Positions 14,280 to 24,152 are shown, counted from the first letter of the stretch. The stretch is 64,000 nucleotides of DNA from Pyrinomonadaceae bacterium (GCA_035276685.1 DATELK010000065.1:10387-74386); one strand, 5' to 3'. Numbers and translations: made by a program. Notes: generated by a model from the letters alone, not told the origin.

Positions 14280-15377
14280 CTACCCTCGCGGCGAGCGTAA
14301 GACGCTCAGTAGAAACCCGCTCCCCCAAGAACTGTGAATGATGAAGAAGACCACGGGCAGCACAGGCGCGAGCCTGAAGTCCCCGCCTTTTATAGCAAGC
14401 TTCACACTAACTGTGGCCGCGAGCAGAGAGTAAGAGGCGACGGTCAATAAGAGCAGAAGAAGCGCGGGCGTCCAGAAGATGCCCAGAGCGCCGAAGCTCA
14501 AGATGGAGAGCACGAACACGGGCGCGACAAGCTGTCTCAGTCGCACTGAGCGCGGGTGTTCTTTGAGCATCGCGGCCTTCCAGCGGCCGTAGCGAAAGTA
14601 CTGGCGAGCTAAATCAGTGAGCGTGGGCCGGGCGTAGTAAGACGAATACCCTTGCGCGTCCAAAAGCACGCGCCCGCCGCCCCGCCTTATGCGGTAATAA
14701 AAGTCGTAGTCCTCGTTGGCCAGCAACTCTTCGTTAAAGCCGCCGACTTCCCGCCACAGGCTCTTGGCAAACGCGCCGAAGGGAACAGTGTCCACGAACT
14801 CGGACGAAGCTAGACCCGCGTTCCTGTACCTCGCGTCACCTATCCCGAAGGGATGCGACACGGCCAAGGCAATCGCTCGCGCAACTACACTCTCTGCGCC
14901 CGGCTCTATGCGCCAAGGCATCCCGCAGACCTCAGCCTCTCCTTTATCAAGAAGCTCAACGAGCCGCCGCACGTAGTTGACTGACGGGACAGAGTGCGCG
15001 TCCATGCGGACTATGAGTTCCCCGCGCGCAGCCTCTATCCCGCGATTCAGGGCGGCGGGGATGTGTCGCGCCGGGTTGTCTACGAGACGAACCTGAACCT
15101 GCGGGTTCTGTTGCGTAAACTTTGAGACTTCGGCGCGCGTGCCGTCCTCACTCATGCCGTCAACTATGATTATCTCAAAGCTCTCCGGCTCGTACTGGCC
15201 CAGAAGATTCGCTAACACCTTGCCTATGTAGCGCTCCTCGTTAAAGCATGGGATGACTACGGAGACGCGCGGCGGAGCAGTAGCAGCGGCGCGCAGAGAC
15301 TCTTCGCCCGTGCCGCCCGTGTGGACGCGCGGCTCTGTCTCGTAATCTGCGACTGTCGCTTGTGCGTGCTCCAACAT
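14280..15377 (-). CDS. Glycosyltransferase family 2 with C-terminal transmembrane segments
   Basis: VSVVIPCFNEERYIGKVLANLL, IIVDGMSEDGT, RMDAHS. Hydrophobic C-terminus (LVAPVFVLSILSFGALGIFW...). Confidence 0.85.
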   Translation of the reverse strand: MLEHAQATVADYETEPRVHTGGTGEESLRAAATAPPRVSVVIPCFNEERYIGKVLANLLGQYEPESFEIIIVDGMSEDGTRAEVSKFTQQNPQVQVRLVDNPARHIPAALNRGIEAARGELIVRMDAHSVPSVNYVRRLVELLDKGEAEVCGMPWRIEPGAESVVARAIALAVSHPFGIGDARYRNAGLASSEFVDTVPFGAFAKSLWREVGGFNEELLANEDYDFYYRIRRGGGRVLLDAQGYSSYYARPTLTDLARQYFRYGRWKAAMLKEHPRSVRLRQLVAPVFVLSILSFGALGIFWTPALLLLLLTVASYSLLAATVSVKLAIKGGDFRLAPVLPVVFFIIHSSWGSGFLLSVLRSPRG

Positions 15378-15431
15378 CTTTGAGTGTGGGTGTCTGGTAA
15401 GAGCCTAATCGTGTGCGTCGCTCTTCTGCTT

Positions 15432-17030
15432 TCAAGCAGGCCTCTGTAAAGTCTCCTGCTCAAGCAATCCGGGCCGAGGCTCCTTGACAGCTTCTACTTC
15501 CTCGCGCTCTTTCATCTTCGCTTCCCGCTCTTCCAGAGCCTTCCGCTCGGCCTTGTAGAGGCGTCGCAGGCAGACCGCGTAGCCCACCAGATAATAAACG
15601 TACCACTGGTAAGCGACCGAGGCGAAGAAGCTAGAGACCATGTAGGCCACAAGGCTCGCCTGAAGCCCCACGGCCAGATAGTAGAAATGAGAAGCCCTGC
15701 GGTCTTCAAACGTCTCATTCTCTATCATACGCAGGCCCTTGAAGGGCGAGAGGATGAACAATATGTAGACGACCATCGCGGCCATCCCCATCTCGGCCGC
15801 GACCTGCGTGTAGGCGTTGTGGCTGACAAGCTCGCCTATAGAGACTATGTGAAAATTGCCCATGCCTACGCCGAAGACCGGGTTGGCAATGGCGACCTTG
15901 ATTGAGCGAAAGAGGAGGTTCGTGCGAGCGCCTGCGGAGCCGAAGGCGTCTGCGTCGTGGTTGACGATTGAGTCCAGCCGGTTGGTGTAGCCCGCTGGCG
16001 CAAAGGCTATCACCGTGGCAAGGCCTACAACGGCCAGCACGATGACGGCCAGCCTGTTCCTGCGGCCAATCTTCCACGCTATGACCGCGCCCGCAGCGAC
16101 CAGCCCCAGAAAGCCCGAGCGCGAAAAGGTAAGCATGCTTCCGATTATCATCAGCAGCGCGCAGACGGCGTAAAGGATTTTGAAGACGATGTTTCTAGTG
16201 GTGAACGAGAGAGCGACCGAGATGGGTATCACCGTCACCAGATGCAACGCCATGTCGTTCGGATTGCCGAAGAGGTTTCCTATGATGCCCGCTACGCGAT
16301 AGCCTTCGACGCTGAAGCGCGCCATGCGGTAGTCGTAAATTGCGCCCACGCTCAGGACTACGCTCACCGTCAGCGTCAGAAAGAAGATTCCCTTCAAACG
16401 CCACTCCGTCCTGACCACGTTAATCATCACTATGAAAATCATCACAGGGCGCAGGAACTCTACAAAGGTCGCGAGCGCCTCAGGCGGATTGATGGCGGGC
16501 GGAATCGAGATGAGCGCGGCCACGCAGAAGAGCAGCAGAAGATTTACTTCGCGCGGGCGGGCCGTCAGGTTGCCTTCCGCGGCAAGCTGCGACGGCAGGT
16601 AGGCCGCCAAAGTAAAGACGCCCATCCAGAAGGCCATAGACTTGACCGAATTCAGGGCCGTGAAAATCTCGTAAGGGCGGAAGTAGAGTACAACCGTGAA
16701 GAGAAAGAGCCCCGCGTAGCTGATGGCGTGCCCGCGCCTGAAAATCCAGTTCTCAGGCTTCGCTTCTTTCTTCGATTTTGATTTCGGGGTGGTGTCTTCG
16801 TGTCGCTCTGCCTGAGCTACTACTACTTCTTCTTCCTTCGCGGAAGCAAGCGGCTCTAAGAGAAAATCGGCGGTCTCTTCCGTTTCACGCTTACGCGCGC
16901 GACGCGAAGGCGTCACGGGTTCATAATCTACGAATGAACTACCAGACCGCATCTTGAAGGCACTCAGGTCAAGCGAACGGGTCGCAAAAGCGTAGCAATC
17001 GTCTCGCTCTTGGAAAAAGGCACAGGGCAT
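15432..17030 (-). CDS. O-antigen ligase / Wzy-like polytopic membrane protein
   Basis: More than 10 TM helices. Wzy_C-type motif TFSRSGFLGLVAAG ... SHNAYTQVAAEMG. Charged N- and C-terminal tails. An alternative ATG lies near 16952. Confidence 0.75.
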   Translation of the reverse strand: MPCAFFQERDDCYAFATRSLDLSAFKMRSGSSFVDYEPVTPSRRARKRETEETADFLLEPLASAKEEEVVVAQAERHEDTTPKSKSKKEAKPENWIFRRGHAISYAGLFLFTVVLYFRPYEIFTALNSVKSMAFWMGVFTLAAYLPSQLAAEGNLTARPREVNLLLLFCVAALISIPPAINPPEALATFVEFLRPVMIFIVMINVVRTEWRLKGIFFLTLTVSVVLSVGAIYDYRMARFSVEGYRVAGIIGNLFGNPNDMALHLVTVIPISVALSFTTRNIVFKILYAVCALLMIIGSMLTFSRSGFLGLVAAGAVIAWKIGRRNRLAVIVLAVVGLATVIAFAPAGYTNRLDSIVNHDADAFGSAGARTNLLFRSIKVAIANPVFGVGMGNFHIVSIGELVSHNAYTQVAAEMGMAAMVVYILFILSPFKGLRMIENETFEDRRASHFYYLAVGLQASLVAYMVSSFFASVAYQWYVYYLVGYAVCLRRLYKAERKALEEREAKMKEREEVEAVKEPRPGLLEQETLQRPA

Positions 17031-17101
17031 GTGGGCCTTTTAGGGGGCGAGACATCTCGCGGGCCGAGTATACACTGCGGCGGGCCACTTTTGCGAAAAG
17101 C

Positions 17102-18283
17102 TTAGACGGCGATGCTCTCTTCGACCAGAACCAGCGAGCGCACTTTCTCTCGCAGAGCCAGCTCAAAGCGGCGCGCCTCTTCAATCTCGGAGAAGGCCAG
17201 CGCGCGAAGCTCCTGCTCTATGCGGCGGCGATAGTCAGAGACGAGCGAGTCTGAGACTCCAAGAGCGCTCGCCACTTCCAGCTGCGTCGAATGCTCCGGG
17301 CTCAGGTAACAGTGCCACAGCACGCCGAGCATGCGGTTGTACTGCTTGACCTTCCCGCGCACGCTCTCGTGCAGGCCCTTCAAAAACTGCTCGACGCATC
17401 CGGCGGCGGCCTGCTCCGACTCGCGCCTCAAGAGCCCCTCTTCGGGATTGTCGCCAACGTCCACGGGCTCAAACTGCATCCCGCCTTCTTCGCCGTCGTC
17501 GCCTCCTAGCGGCACGAGGTAGATGTCCATGACGGGGAGCCTCGACATCACAAGGCTGCGAAGCGCGCGCACGTCCACGGGAGAGTCCACCGCCTCAAGG
17601 ACGGAGATAATAAGGTCTTCCAAATCAGAGTTGCTGATGACCACCTGAGCGTCGCCCGTGCAGCCCACCATGCGCGTGTCGCGCTGGCGCATCGGTATCA
17701 TCTGCACTCTCTGCTCAAGCTCATGCGTCTCGCGCCTTCCCTTCCCGTCGGGCCACTCCGAGAGGCCATAGACGCGGTCAACAAGGCGGCGGTGCGGCTC
17801 GTCGTTCATGCCCGAAGAGTCGAAGCGGCGGAAATTGGCGCTCGATTGAATCAGGGTAGAGATGCGGCGGGCCAGTCTATAGGATTCCGGGTGACGCTTG
17901 CGTAGCTCTGCCGTCAGAAGATTTGTCAGCTCAATCTGCCCTATCTCGCACTCGATTTCGGCATCGGTCATCCCAGTGTCCAGATAATGCTGAAAGCGCC
18001 CCTTGCTCAAAAGCTGCACGAACAGCTCCTGCGTGAGGTCTGTGTAAGCGTTTTGCGCCCCCTCTTCGACAAGGAGCCCTGCGCTGCGGGAGGCGCGCAC
18101 GAGCGGGTGATGACAGACGACGCGGTGCAGGTCGCTCCAGAGCTGTGAAACGTCCGAGCGCTTGAGGCTGTTAACCCACTGTATGCTCTTCGGTTGGCGC
18201 TCCCTAAAGGCGCGTTGCGAGCGCGGCTGTTCCTTCAGAGCGCTCATGGTTGATTCGGGATGATTAGTGCCGGTAGCTTTCAC
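17102..18283 (-). CDS. Hypothetical regulator with sigma-70-like region 2 and region 4 (HTH) remnants
   Basis: 393 aa, GTG start. AYTDLTQELFVQLLSKGRF resembles sigma region 2.1/2.2. The C-terminal STQLEVASALGVSDSLVSDYRRRIEQELR resembles a region-4 HTH. A long acidic insertion lies between them. Confidence 0.35.
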   Translation of the reverse strand: MKATGTNHPESTMSALKEQPRSQRAFRERQPKSIQWVNSLKRSDVSQLWSDLHRVVCHHPLVRASRSAGLLVEEGAQNAYTDLTQELFVQLLSKGRFQHYLDTGMTDAEIECEIGQIELTNLLTAELRKRHPESYRLARRISTLIQSSANFRRFDSSGMNDEPHRRLVDRVYGLSEWPDGKGRRETHELEQRVQMIPMRQRDTRMVGCTGDAQVVISNSDLEDLIISVLEAVDSPVDVRALRSLVMSRLPVMDIYLVPLGGDDGEEGGMQFEPVDVGDNPEEGLLRRESEQAAAGCVEQFLKGLHESVRGKVKQYNRMLGVLWHCYLSPEHSTQLEVASALGVSDSLVSDYRRRIEQELRALAFSEIEEARRFELALREKVRSLVLVEESIAV

Positions 18284-19044
18284 GATGATTTGTCTTCAGG
18301 TCTGGTATTTTGTGCAAGGACTCTGGGATAAGCAGGCAATGGCTAACCTTTAAGATAGTACCGCCGGGTAACGCTTGTGTTTCATCTCGCGGCGCATGTG
18401 CTGTCTTAGCTCATCTGGTTCAAGCTGGTCAGAGGCGACGCGTGAAGGCTGACATCTTTTATGAGCGGATCACCTTTGCCAGATTTGAACAGGGGTGGCG
18501 GGTTTGCGCCTCTGGCCTCGTCTGATGAGCGCGGCCAGCCGTGCGCAATTAAAGTCGGGCAGCGATTATTCGTTACCTCTTTCCCAAGGGTTGTCAAACT
18601 GGGCCCAAACGAGGGGCCAATTTTGCTTTGAGACCTTGCCGGGAAACCGCGCTTATTCTGACCGCAAAGGGGAATCGGCGCGGCCAGGCTAGATAGGGGA
18701 ATCAAGGAGCGCAGTGGCATCCCTGACTGACGTTTAAGATGTTATCAGCAAATACTTTTTTGAGCAACATCTTTTTACACACTGGCCAAAATATTGATAA
18801 GACTTGAAAAAAAGGGCCCGGAGGGGGCGGAAGTTTTGGAAGCTGCGGGCAATTAGCGCTTTCCTTTTGATGACCAGGCTAGAGCGCCCTTTGGTTCGAG
18901 AGGATGTCATGGCGGCTCCTCGTCTCTGCTTGCCCCACAAGTTTGCTGCCAATTTTGCGGGAGGCGCTCCGTTTTACACAGGCCGGTCAAGGATGCTCTA
19001 CGAACTACGAGCAAAAGAGGTAAGCCCACAGTAAGGGTGAGCAT

Positions 19045-19368
19045 ATGAGGACTTCAAGCATCACGGTGTTTTCCAAGCAGGCTAGCTGCCCCTCAGCCGA
19101 GACGCTCGTTTCATACAATACTTCAACACTTTCGGCGGGCGCTCGGGCGCACGTCCTGGAGCATCTCTCGTCCTGCGAGTTCTGTAGCGCGGAGCTGAAA
19201 CTGCTGTCCGAGCACACACCGCTTGAGGAAGAGTACCGCGCAGCGGAAATCCCAGCGCACCTGCGCTCGCTGGCCGAGGCTCTTATGGGCCAGACGGAGC
19301 TATCGGGCATACTCTCTCTCAGGGAAATCTCCTGCGAGCCGGAGCGGCTGACGCTGACGGACGCTTAA
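19045..19368 (+). CDS. Soluble zinc-binding anti-sigma factor-like protein (ZAS, zf-HC2 motif)
   Basis: 107 aa with Cys15 followed by HLSSCEFC (H-x3-C-x2-C) at residues 40-47. No TM segment. Size and Cys/His spacing resemble RsrA-type ZAS proteins. AAGGGTGAG lies upstream of the ATG. Confidence 0.55.
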   Translation: MRTSSITVFSKQASCPSAETLVSYNTSTLSAGARAHVLEHLSSCEFCSAELKLLSEHTPLEEEYRAAEIPAHLRSLAEALMGQTELSGILSLREISCEPERLTLTDA

Positions 19369-19387
19369 AAATCTTGAAATAGATGCT

Positions 19388-19426
19388 AAAAGGCACTAAG
19401 CAGAGATAATTTGCTTAGTGCCTTTT
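19388..19426. terminator. Bidirectional intrinsic terminator hairpin between convergent genes
   Basis: AAAAGGCACTAAGCA - 9-nt loop - TGCTTAGTGCCTTTT. The stem is a perfect 15 bp flanked by an A-run and a T-run. It lies between the stop at 19368 (+) and the stop at 19454 (-). Confidence 0.8.
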
Positions 19427-19453
19427 ATTGTGACGCGTCCTTGATTTATCTCT

Positions 19454-22156
19454 TCAAATACGAATCTCTTCAAGGCAGGCCCTGACCTCGCGGGCCAGCA
19501 CCTGTACGTGCGGCTCGTCGTACATGTTCAGGTGATTGCCGGGCACTATGCGAACGTCCACGCCGCCCGAGGCCAGCTCCTTCCATCCCTTGTCGCGGCC
19601 GAGCGCGCGGAAGACGGGCTGGGCTCGGGTGCGAAAGAGCGTGACGCGCCCCTCATAGCGCCGCGCCTCGTAGCCCGCAAGGGCCTGAAACAGCGCTTCG
19701 CTCACGCGGCGATGATTGTCCGGCAGAAGCGCCACGTCCAGCATGTCTTCCAGATTTTCCCTGTGGGCTTCTACGTGCAGCGGGCCAATGCGGCTGAAGA
19801 GGTTTCGCCCGACCCGCTTCAGGTGCCTTTTGACATCGGCGGCGACTTCGCGCGGCTGTCGCTTGAAGACGTGGTCGGCCAGCCAGTAGGGAAGGTTCAG
19901 CGCCGTGTGGAGAAGGCGAGCCGCGCTGATTCCCTGCTCATTCGAGCCCGGCGCTTCTTCGTCCAGCACGGCGAGGAGCGCTATCTCCTCTCCGCTCTCC
20001 TGTAGCTGCTGGGCCATCTCGAAGGCTATCACGGCCCCGAGCGAGTAGCCGCCGAGTATGTACGGCCCCGAGGGTTGAACGCTTCGCACAATCTCCACGT
20101 AATGCGAGGCCATGGCGCGCATGTCCGTGAAGGGCTCTTCAAGGCCGTCGAGCCCGCGCGCCTGTATGCCGTAGAAGGGATGGGCCGAGCCGAGGTAGCG
20201 CGCAAGCGTGCCGTAACCGAAGACCTCGCCGCCTATCGGGTGCATGAAGAAGATAGGCGTGCGCTCGCCCTCTGTCTGAATCTCCACGAGCGAAGACCAC
20301 CTCTTCTCGGGCACATGCGACTCTATGACTCGCGCCAGGTGCTCTATAGTCCCTTCGTGTATGAGGGCCGAGAGCGGGATGTTCTTGCCAAGGCTGTCAT
20401 GAACCTCAAGCAGCATGCTGACGGCCAAAAGCGAGTCGCCGCCAAGCTCGAAGAAGTTGTCGCGCACGCCTATGGGAGAGATGCCTAGCACGCCTTCCCA
20501 GATTTCCTTAAGCTCGCTCTCAATCTGTGTGCGCGGTGACTCCGTGGCTTCGCCCGGCTCGTGTATGGGGCTCGGGCTGTGCGCGGCGAGCGAGAGGCGG
20601 TCGACTTTTCTGCTCGGCGTCAGCGGCATCGTCTCAAGATGCACGAAGCCCGAGGGCAGCATGTAATCCGGCAGCCTCGCCGCCAAAAACTCCCGCAGCT
20701 CTTTGGCCGTGGCAGTTTTTCCGGCATCCTTCGAGACCCAGTAGGCCATGAGCCGCTTGTTGCCCGAAGCATCCTCGCAGACGAGCGCCACGCTCTGGCC
20801 CACAGCTTCGTGCTGCGAGAGCGCCGATTCTATCTCGCCAAGCTCTATGCGAAAGCCGCGTATCTTGACCTGGCTGTCGGCCCTTCCCAGAAACTCTATG
20901 TCGCCGGAGGGCAGCACGCGCCCGAGGTCTCCAGTCCTGTAGAGCCTTGCGCCGCCGTGAATGTCGAAGGGGTCAGGGACGAATCTCTCTGCGGTCAATT
21001 CGGGCCGCTCAAGGTAGCCGCGCGCAAGGCAGACGCCGCCCACGTAAATCTCGCCCGCCTCGCCTGCCCCGACCCTTTGGAGTCGCTCGTCTAGCACGTA
21101 AACCCGTGCGCCGTCTATAGGCCTGCCTATGGGAACGGAAGAGGCGTTTGCCGAAAGCTCTCGCGTGTCGCAGAAGGTGGCGTCGGCAGCCGCTTCCGAC
21201 GAGCCGTAGAGGTTAAGAAGCGTCGTCTCAGGCGCGCTCTTTCTAAAGCGCTCGCAAAGCTCTGGCGAAAGCGCCTCGCCGCTGCTGACGCAGACCTTAA
21301 GCTGCGGCAGTCTTCGCCCAAGCTCCGGCTCCGCGTCCAGCATGGCGCGCAGGAGCGACGGCACGAGCACGATTCTCGTCACCTTCCGCCGCGCCAGAGT
21401 CTCTATAAGCCTGCGCACGTCCTTCACATCTTCATCGGGGATGATGACTAGAGGCACGCCTTTGAGGAGCGGCCCGAAAATCTCCCACACGGAATCTACG
21501 AAGCTGAGCGCAGTCTTCTGGCACAAGACCTCTCCGGTCTCGAAAGGAAAGGCGCGCCACATCCACTGGAAGCGATTGACCGCGCCCTTGTGCAAGCCCT
21601 GAACGCCTTTGGGCCTGCCCGTAGAGCCGGAGGTGTAAGCCACGTAAAGCAGATTTTCGCCCGTCAGCCCGGACGGCGGATTATCGGAGCGCGCGTCAGC
21701 CAGACGACCATCCATTTCATCCAGCACAATCACCCGCGCGTCGTGCTCTGTAAGCGTGCCGGAGAGTTTTTTCTCAGTCAGTAAAAACGTGGGACGCGCG
21801 TCCGCGAGCATGAAAGAGAGCCTCTGCTTCGGGTACGAGGGGTCGAGCGGAAGGTAAGCGCCGCCAGCCTTTATGACGGCGAGGATGGCCACGAGCATCT
21901 CAGCGGAGCGCTCCGCGTGAATGGCACAAAGGGTTTCGAGGCGAGCGCCAAGCGAAAGCAGGTGATGCGCCAGACGGTTCGCGCGCTCGTTCAGCTCTCG
22001 GTAGCTGAGCCGCTGCTCTTTGAAGTAAACGGCCACACTGTCAGGCGTGCGCTCTGCCTGCTCCTCGAAGAGTTGCTGTATGGATAAGGCTTGCGGCTCC
22101 CGCACTTGAATAAAGTTATCGGCTGACGAAGGATTGTATAGTTCGACTTTCAGCAT
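19454..22156 (-). CDS. Single-module NRPS-like protein: adenylation - thiolation (PCP) - thioesterase
   Basis: A-domain cores LSYRELNERANRLAHHL, YVAYTSGSTGRPKGV, NLYGSSE, YRTGDLGR, GRADSQVKIRGFRIELGEIE, PLTPSRKVDR. PCP motif FFELGGDSLLAV. TE motif GGYSLG. The track ORF extends to a TTG at 22282, but that TTG is part of a TTGACA-18-CATACT promoter-like motif, so ATG 22156 is preferred. Confidence 0.85.
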   Translation of the reverse strand: MLKVELYNPSSADNFIQVREPQALSIQQLFEEQAERTPDSVAVYFKEQRLSYRELNERANRLAHHLLSLGARLETLCAIHAERSAEMLVAILAVIKAGGAYLPLDPSYPKQRLSFMLADARPTFLLTEKKLSGTLTEHDARVIVLDEMDGRLADARSDNPPSGLTGENLLYVAYTSGSTGRPKGVQGLHKGAVNRFQWMWRAFPFETGEVLCQKTALSFVDSVWEIFGPLLKGVPLVIIPDEDVKDVRRLIETLARRKVTRIVLVPSLLRAMLDAEPELGRRLPQLKVCVSSGEALSPELCERFRKSAPETTLLNLYGSSEAAADATFCDTRELSANASSVPIGRPIDGARVYVLDERLQRVGAGEAGEIYVGGVCLARGYLERPELTAERFVPDPFDIHGGARLYRTGDLGRVLPSGDIEFLGRADSQVKIRGFRIELGEIESALSQHEAVGQSVALVCEDASGNKRLMAYWVSKDAGKTATAKELREFLAARLPDYMLPSGFVHLETMPLTPSRKVDRLSLAAHSPSPIHEPGEATESPRTQIESELKEIWEGVLGISPIGVRDNFFELGGDSLLAVSMLLEVHDSLGKNIPLSALIHEGTIEHLARVIESHVPEKRWSSLVEIQTEGERTPIFFMHPIGGEVFGYGTLARYLGSAHPFYGIQARGLDGLEEPFTDMRAMASHYVEIVRSVQPSGPYILGGYSLGAVIAFEMAQQLQESGEEIALLAVLDEEAPGSNEQGISAARLLHTALNLPYWLADHVFKRQPREVAADVKRHLKRVGRNLFSRIGPLHVEAHRENLEDMLDVALLPDNHRRVSEALFQALAGYEARRYEGRVTLFRTRAQPVFRALGRDKGWKELASGGVDVRIVPGNHLNMYDEPHVQVLAREVRACLEEIRI

Positions 22157-22252
22157 AAAGAAGAGGCACAGCTTAACCCTCGTTTCGTGTGCGACTAGGC
22201 GAGTAAAGGCAGACCGGGTAACAGGCTTTAGCGGCCCAACGGCGCGCTTGAG

Positions 22253-22282
22253 AGTATGGATTCTCAGGCGCACGCCTGTCAA
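22253..22282 (-). promoter_or_regulatory. Candidate sigma-70 promoter for the NRPS-like gene
   Basis: On the minus strand: TTGACA (22282..22277), 18-nt spacer, CATACT (22258..22253). Located in the gap downstream of the acyl-CoA ligase stop (22332). Confidence 0.35.
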
Positions 22283-22331
22283 GATTTATAGTCTTACGGC
22301 TCTGTTAAAAGGTGAGGTGGGCCAGGCGTGA

Positions 22332-24151
22332 TTACTCCGAAGCGCCGTAAAGCTCGTCAATCAGGTCAGAGTATTTCTCGTCGACTATGCGTCTTTTGAC
22401 CTTCAAGGTGGGCGTCAGCTCGCCGCCGTCAATGGTGAACTCTTCCGGCAGCAGGGCCACGCGGCGCACCCGTTCGTAATCGGCAAGCTCCGTAGTGAGC
22501 TGAATGATTTCGCGCTGGACTATCTTGACGGCTTCGGGCGCGCGGCTCAGCTCTGCGCGCCCTCGCGGCGGCTCCGAGCCGTTCTTCTGCATGGCTTCAG
22601 AGAGCGCTTCCCAATCGGGGACGATGAGCGCGGCGGGCTGCTTGCGGCCCGCTCCTATGACAACGACCTGGCTGACAAGCTCGCTCTGCTTGATGAGGCT
22701 CTCTACCAGTTGCGGCGCGACGTACTTGCCGTTCGAGAGCTTGAAGAGGTCTTTCTTGCGGTCTGTGATGTAGAGGTGGCCGCGCTCGTCCATGCGGCCA
22801 ACGTCGCCGGTCGCGAACCAGCCGTCCTTCAGCACTTCACTCGTCTCTTCCGGCTTGCCGTAATAGCCGCGCATGACGTTCGGCCCGCGCACCACTATCT
22901 CTCCGTCCTCCGCAATCTTCACTTCCATCCCCGGAAAGACCAAGCCGACAGAGCCCACCTGGTTATCCTCGGGGCGGTTGGCAGAGACGATGCAGGTCTC
23001 TGTCATGCCGTAGCCCTGAAGAATTGGAATGCCTGCGGCCATGAAGGAGAAGGAGAGCGTGGGCGAAAGCGGCGCGCCGCCCGAGACGAAGAAGCGCAGG
23101 CGGCCGCCTACGCCTTCGCGCCACTTTGAGAAGACGAGGCGGTCTGCCACAGACTGCTTGAACTTGAGCGAGAGGGGAATGCGCTCACGCTTGTCCTTCA
23201 ACTCCGCGTAGCGCAAACCCGTCCGCATGGCATCTTCAAAGACCTTTCGCTTCCAGCCTTTGGCGGACATACCGCGCTTGACTATCTTGTGATAGACCTT
23301 CTCGAAGAGCCTCGGCACGGCCGTCATAATCGTCGGGCGCACTTCGCGCAGGTGCTCGCCCACCTGGTCGAAGGAGGCAGAGTAATGCACGGAGACGCCC
23401 GTGTAGCAGAAGACGTAAAAGACCGCGCGCTCGAAGATGTGCGAAAGCGGCAGCACCGAAAGCGCCACGTCAGAAGTGTAGATGGGAAGCGAGCCCGCGA
23501 TTGAAAGGACGTTCGAGACGAAGTTGTTGTGCGAGAGCATCACGCCCTTAGGCTCGCCCGTAGTCCCGGAAGTGTAGATGACGGTCGCAAGGTCATCGAG
23601 GCTCACGGCTGAAAGAAATCGCTCGAAGGCTTCCGGCTCACGCTCTGCCCTGGCGCGTCCAAGCTCTTCCAGTTCTGAAAGCTTTCCGCCGCGCTCCACT
23701 CCTTCGTCCGCGCCTTCGTCAAAGAAGATGATTCGCTCAAGCTGCTCAAGGCCGTCGATTCCGGGCCGCGCGTGCTTGAAGACTTTTTTGCCCGAGACGA
23801 ACAGGAGCCGCGCGCCTGAATCCCCGAGGATGTAGCGCACCTGCTCCACGGCTTGCGTCGTGTAGATGGGAACGTTGACGGCACCGAGGCTCAGGATTGC
23901 GAGGTCAACGATTGACCATTCGGGGCGGTTCTCGGAAAGCAGCGCGACGCGGTCGCCGGGCTTGACGCCAAGCTCCGAGAGCCCCAGCGCGATACGCTCT
24001 ATGCGCGTGAGAAACTCCGAGGCAGAGATGCGCTCCCAGCGCCCGTCTCGCTTACGGTTAAGCGCGTCCGGCTTAGAGTGCTCGCGCACGCCCGACAGGC
24101 ACATCGCCGGAAGGGATTGAAAATCGGAGGCGGATTCTACCTTTTGACTCA

Positions 24152-24152
<1 letters not shown>
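22332..24152 (-). CDS. Long-chain acyl-CoA (AMP-forming) ligase, FadD/ACSL-like
   Basis: [63 protein letters not shown] at 24152 overlaps the UXS TGA (TGATG). The track start is the TTG at 24155. Confidence 0.85.

Noticed and set aside
18482-18490. GATTTGAAC resembling the reverse complement of a tRNA T-loop
   Set aside because: The flanking bases cannot form a T-stem or an acceptor stem on either strand, so no cloverleaf can be built.
18522-18529. CTGATGAG, the hammerhead ribozyme core, followed by a short GC stem
   Set aside because: The downstream sequence (AATTAAAGTC) lacks the conserved GAAA/stem III arrangement, and no convincing stem I can be drawn. A single 8-mer match is expected by chance in 64 kb.
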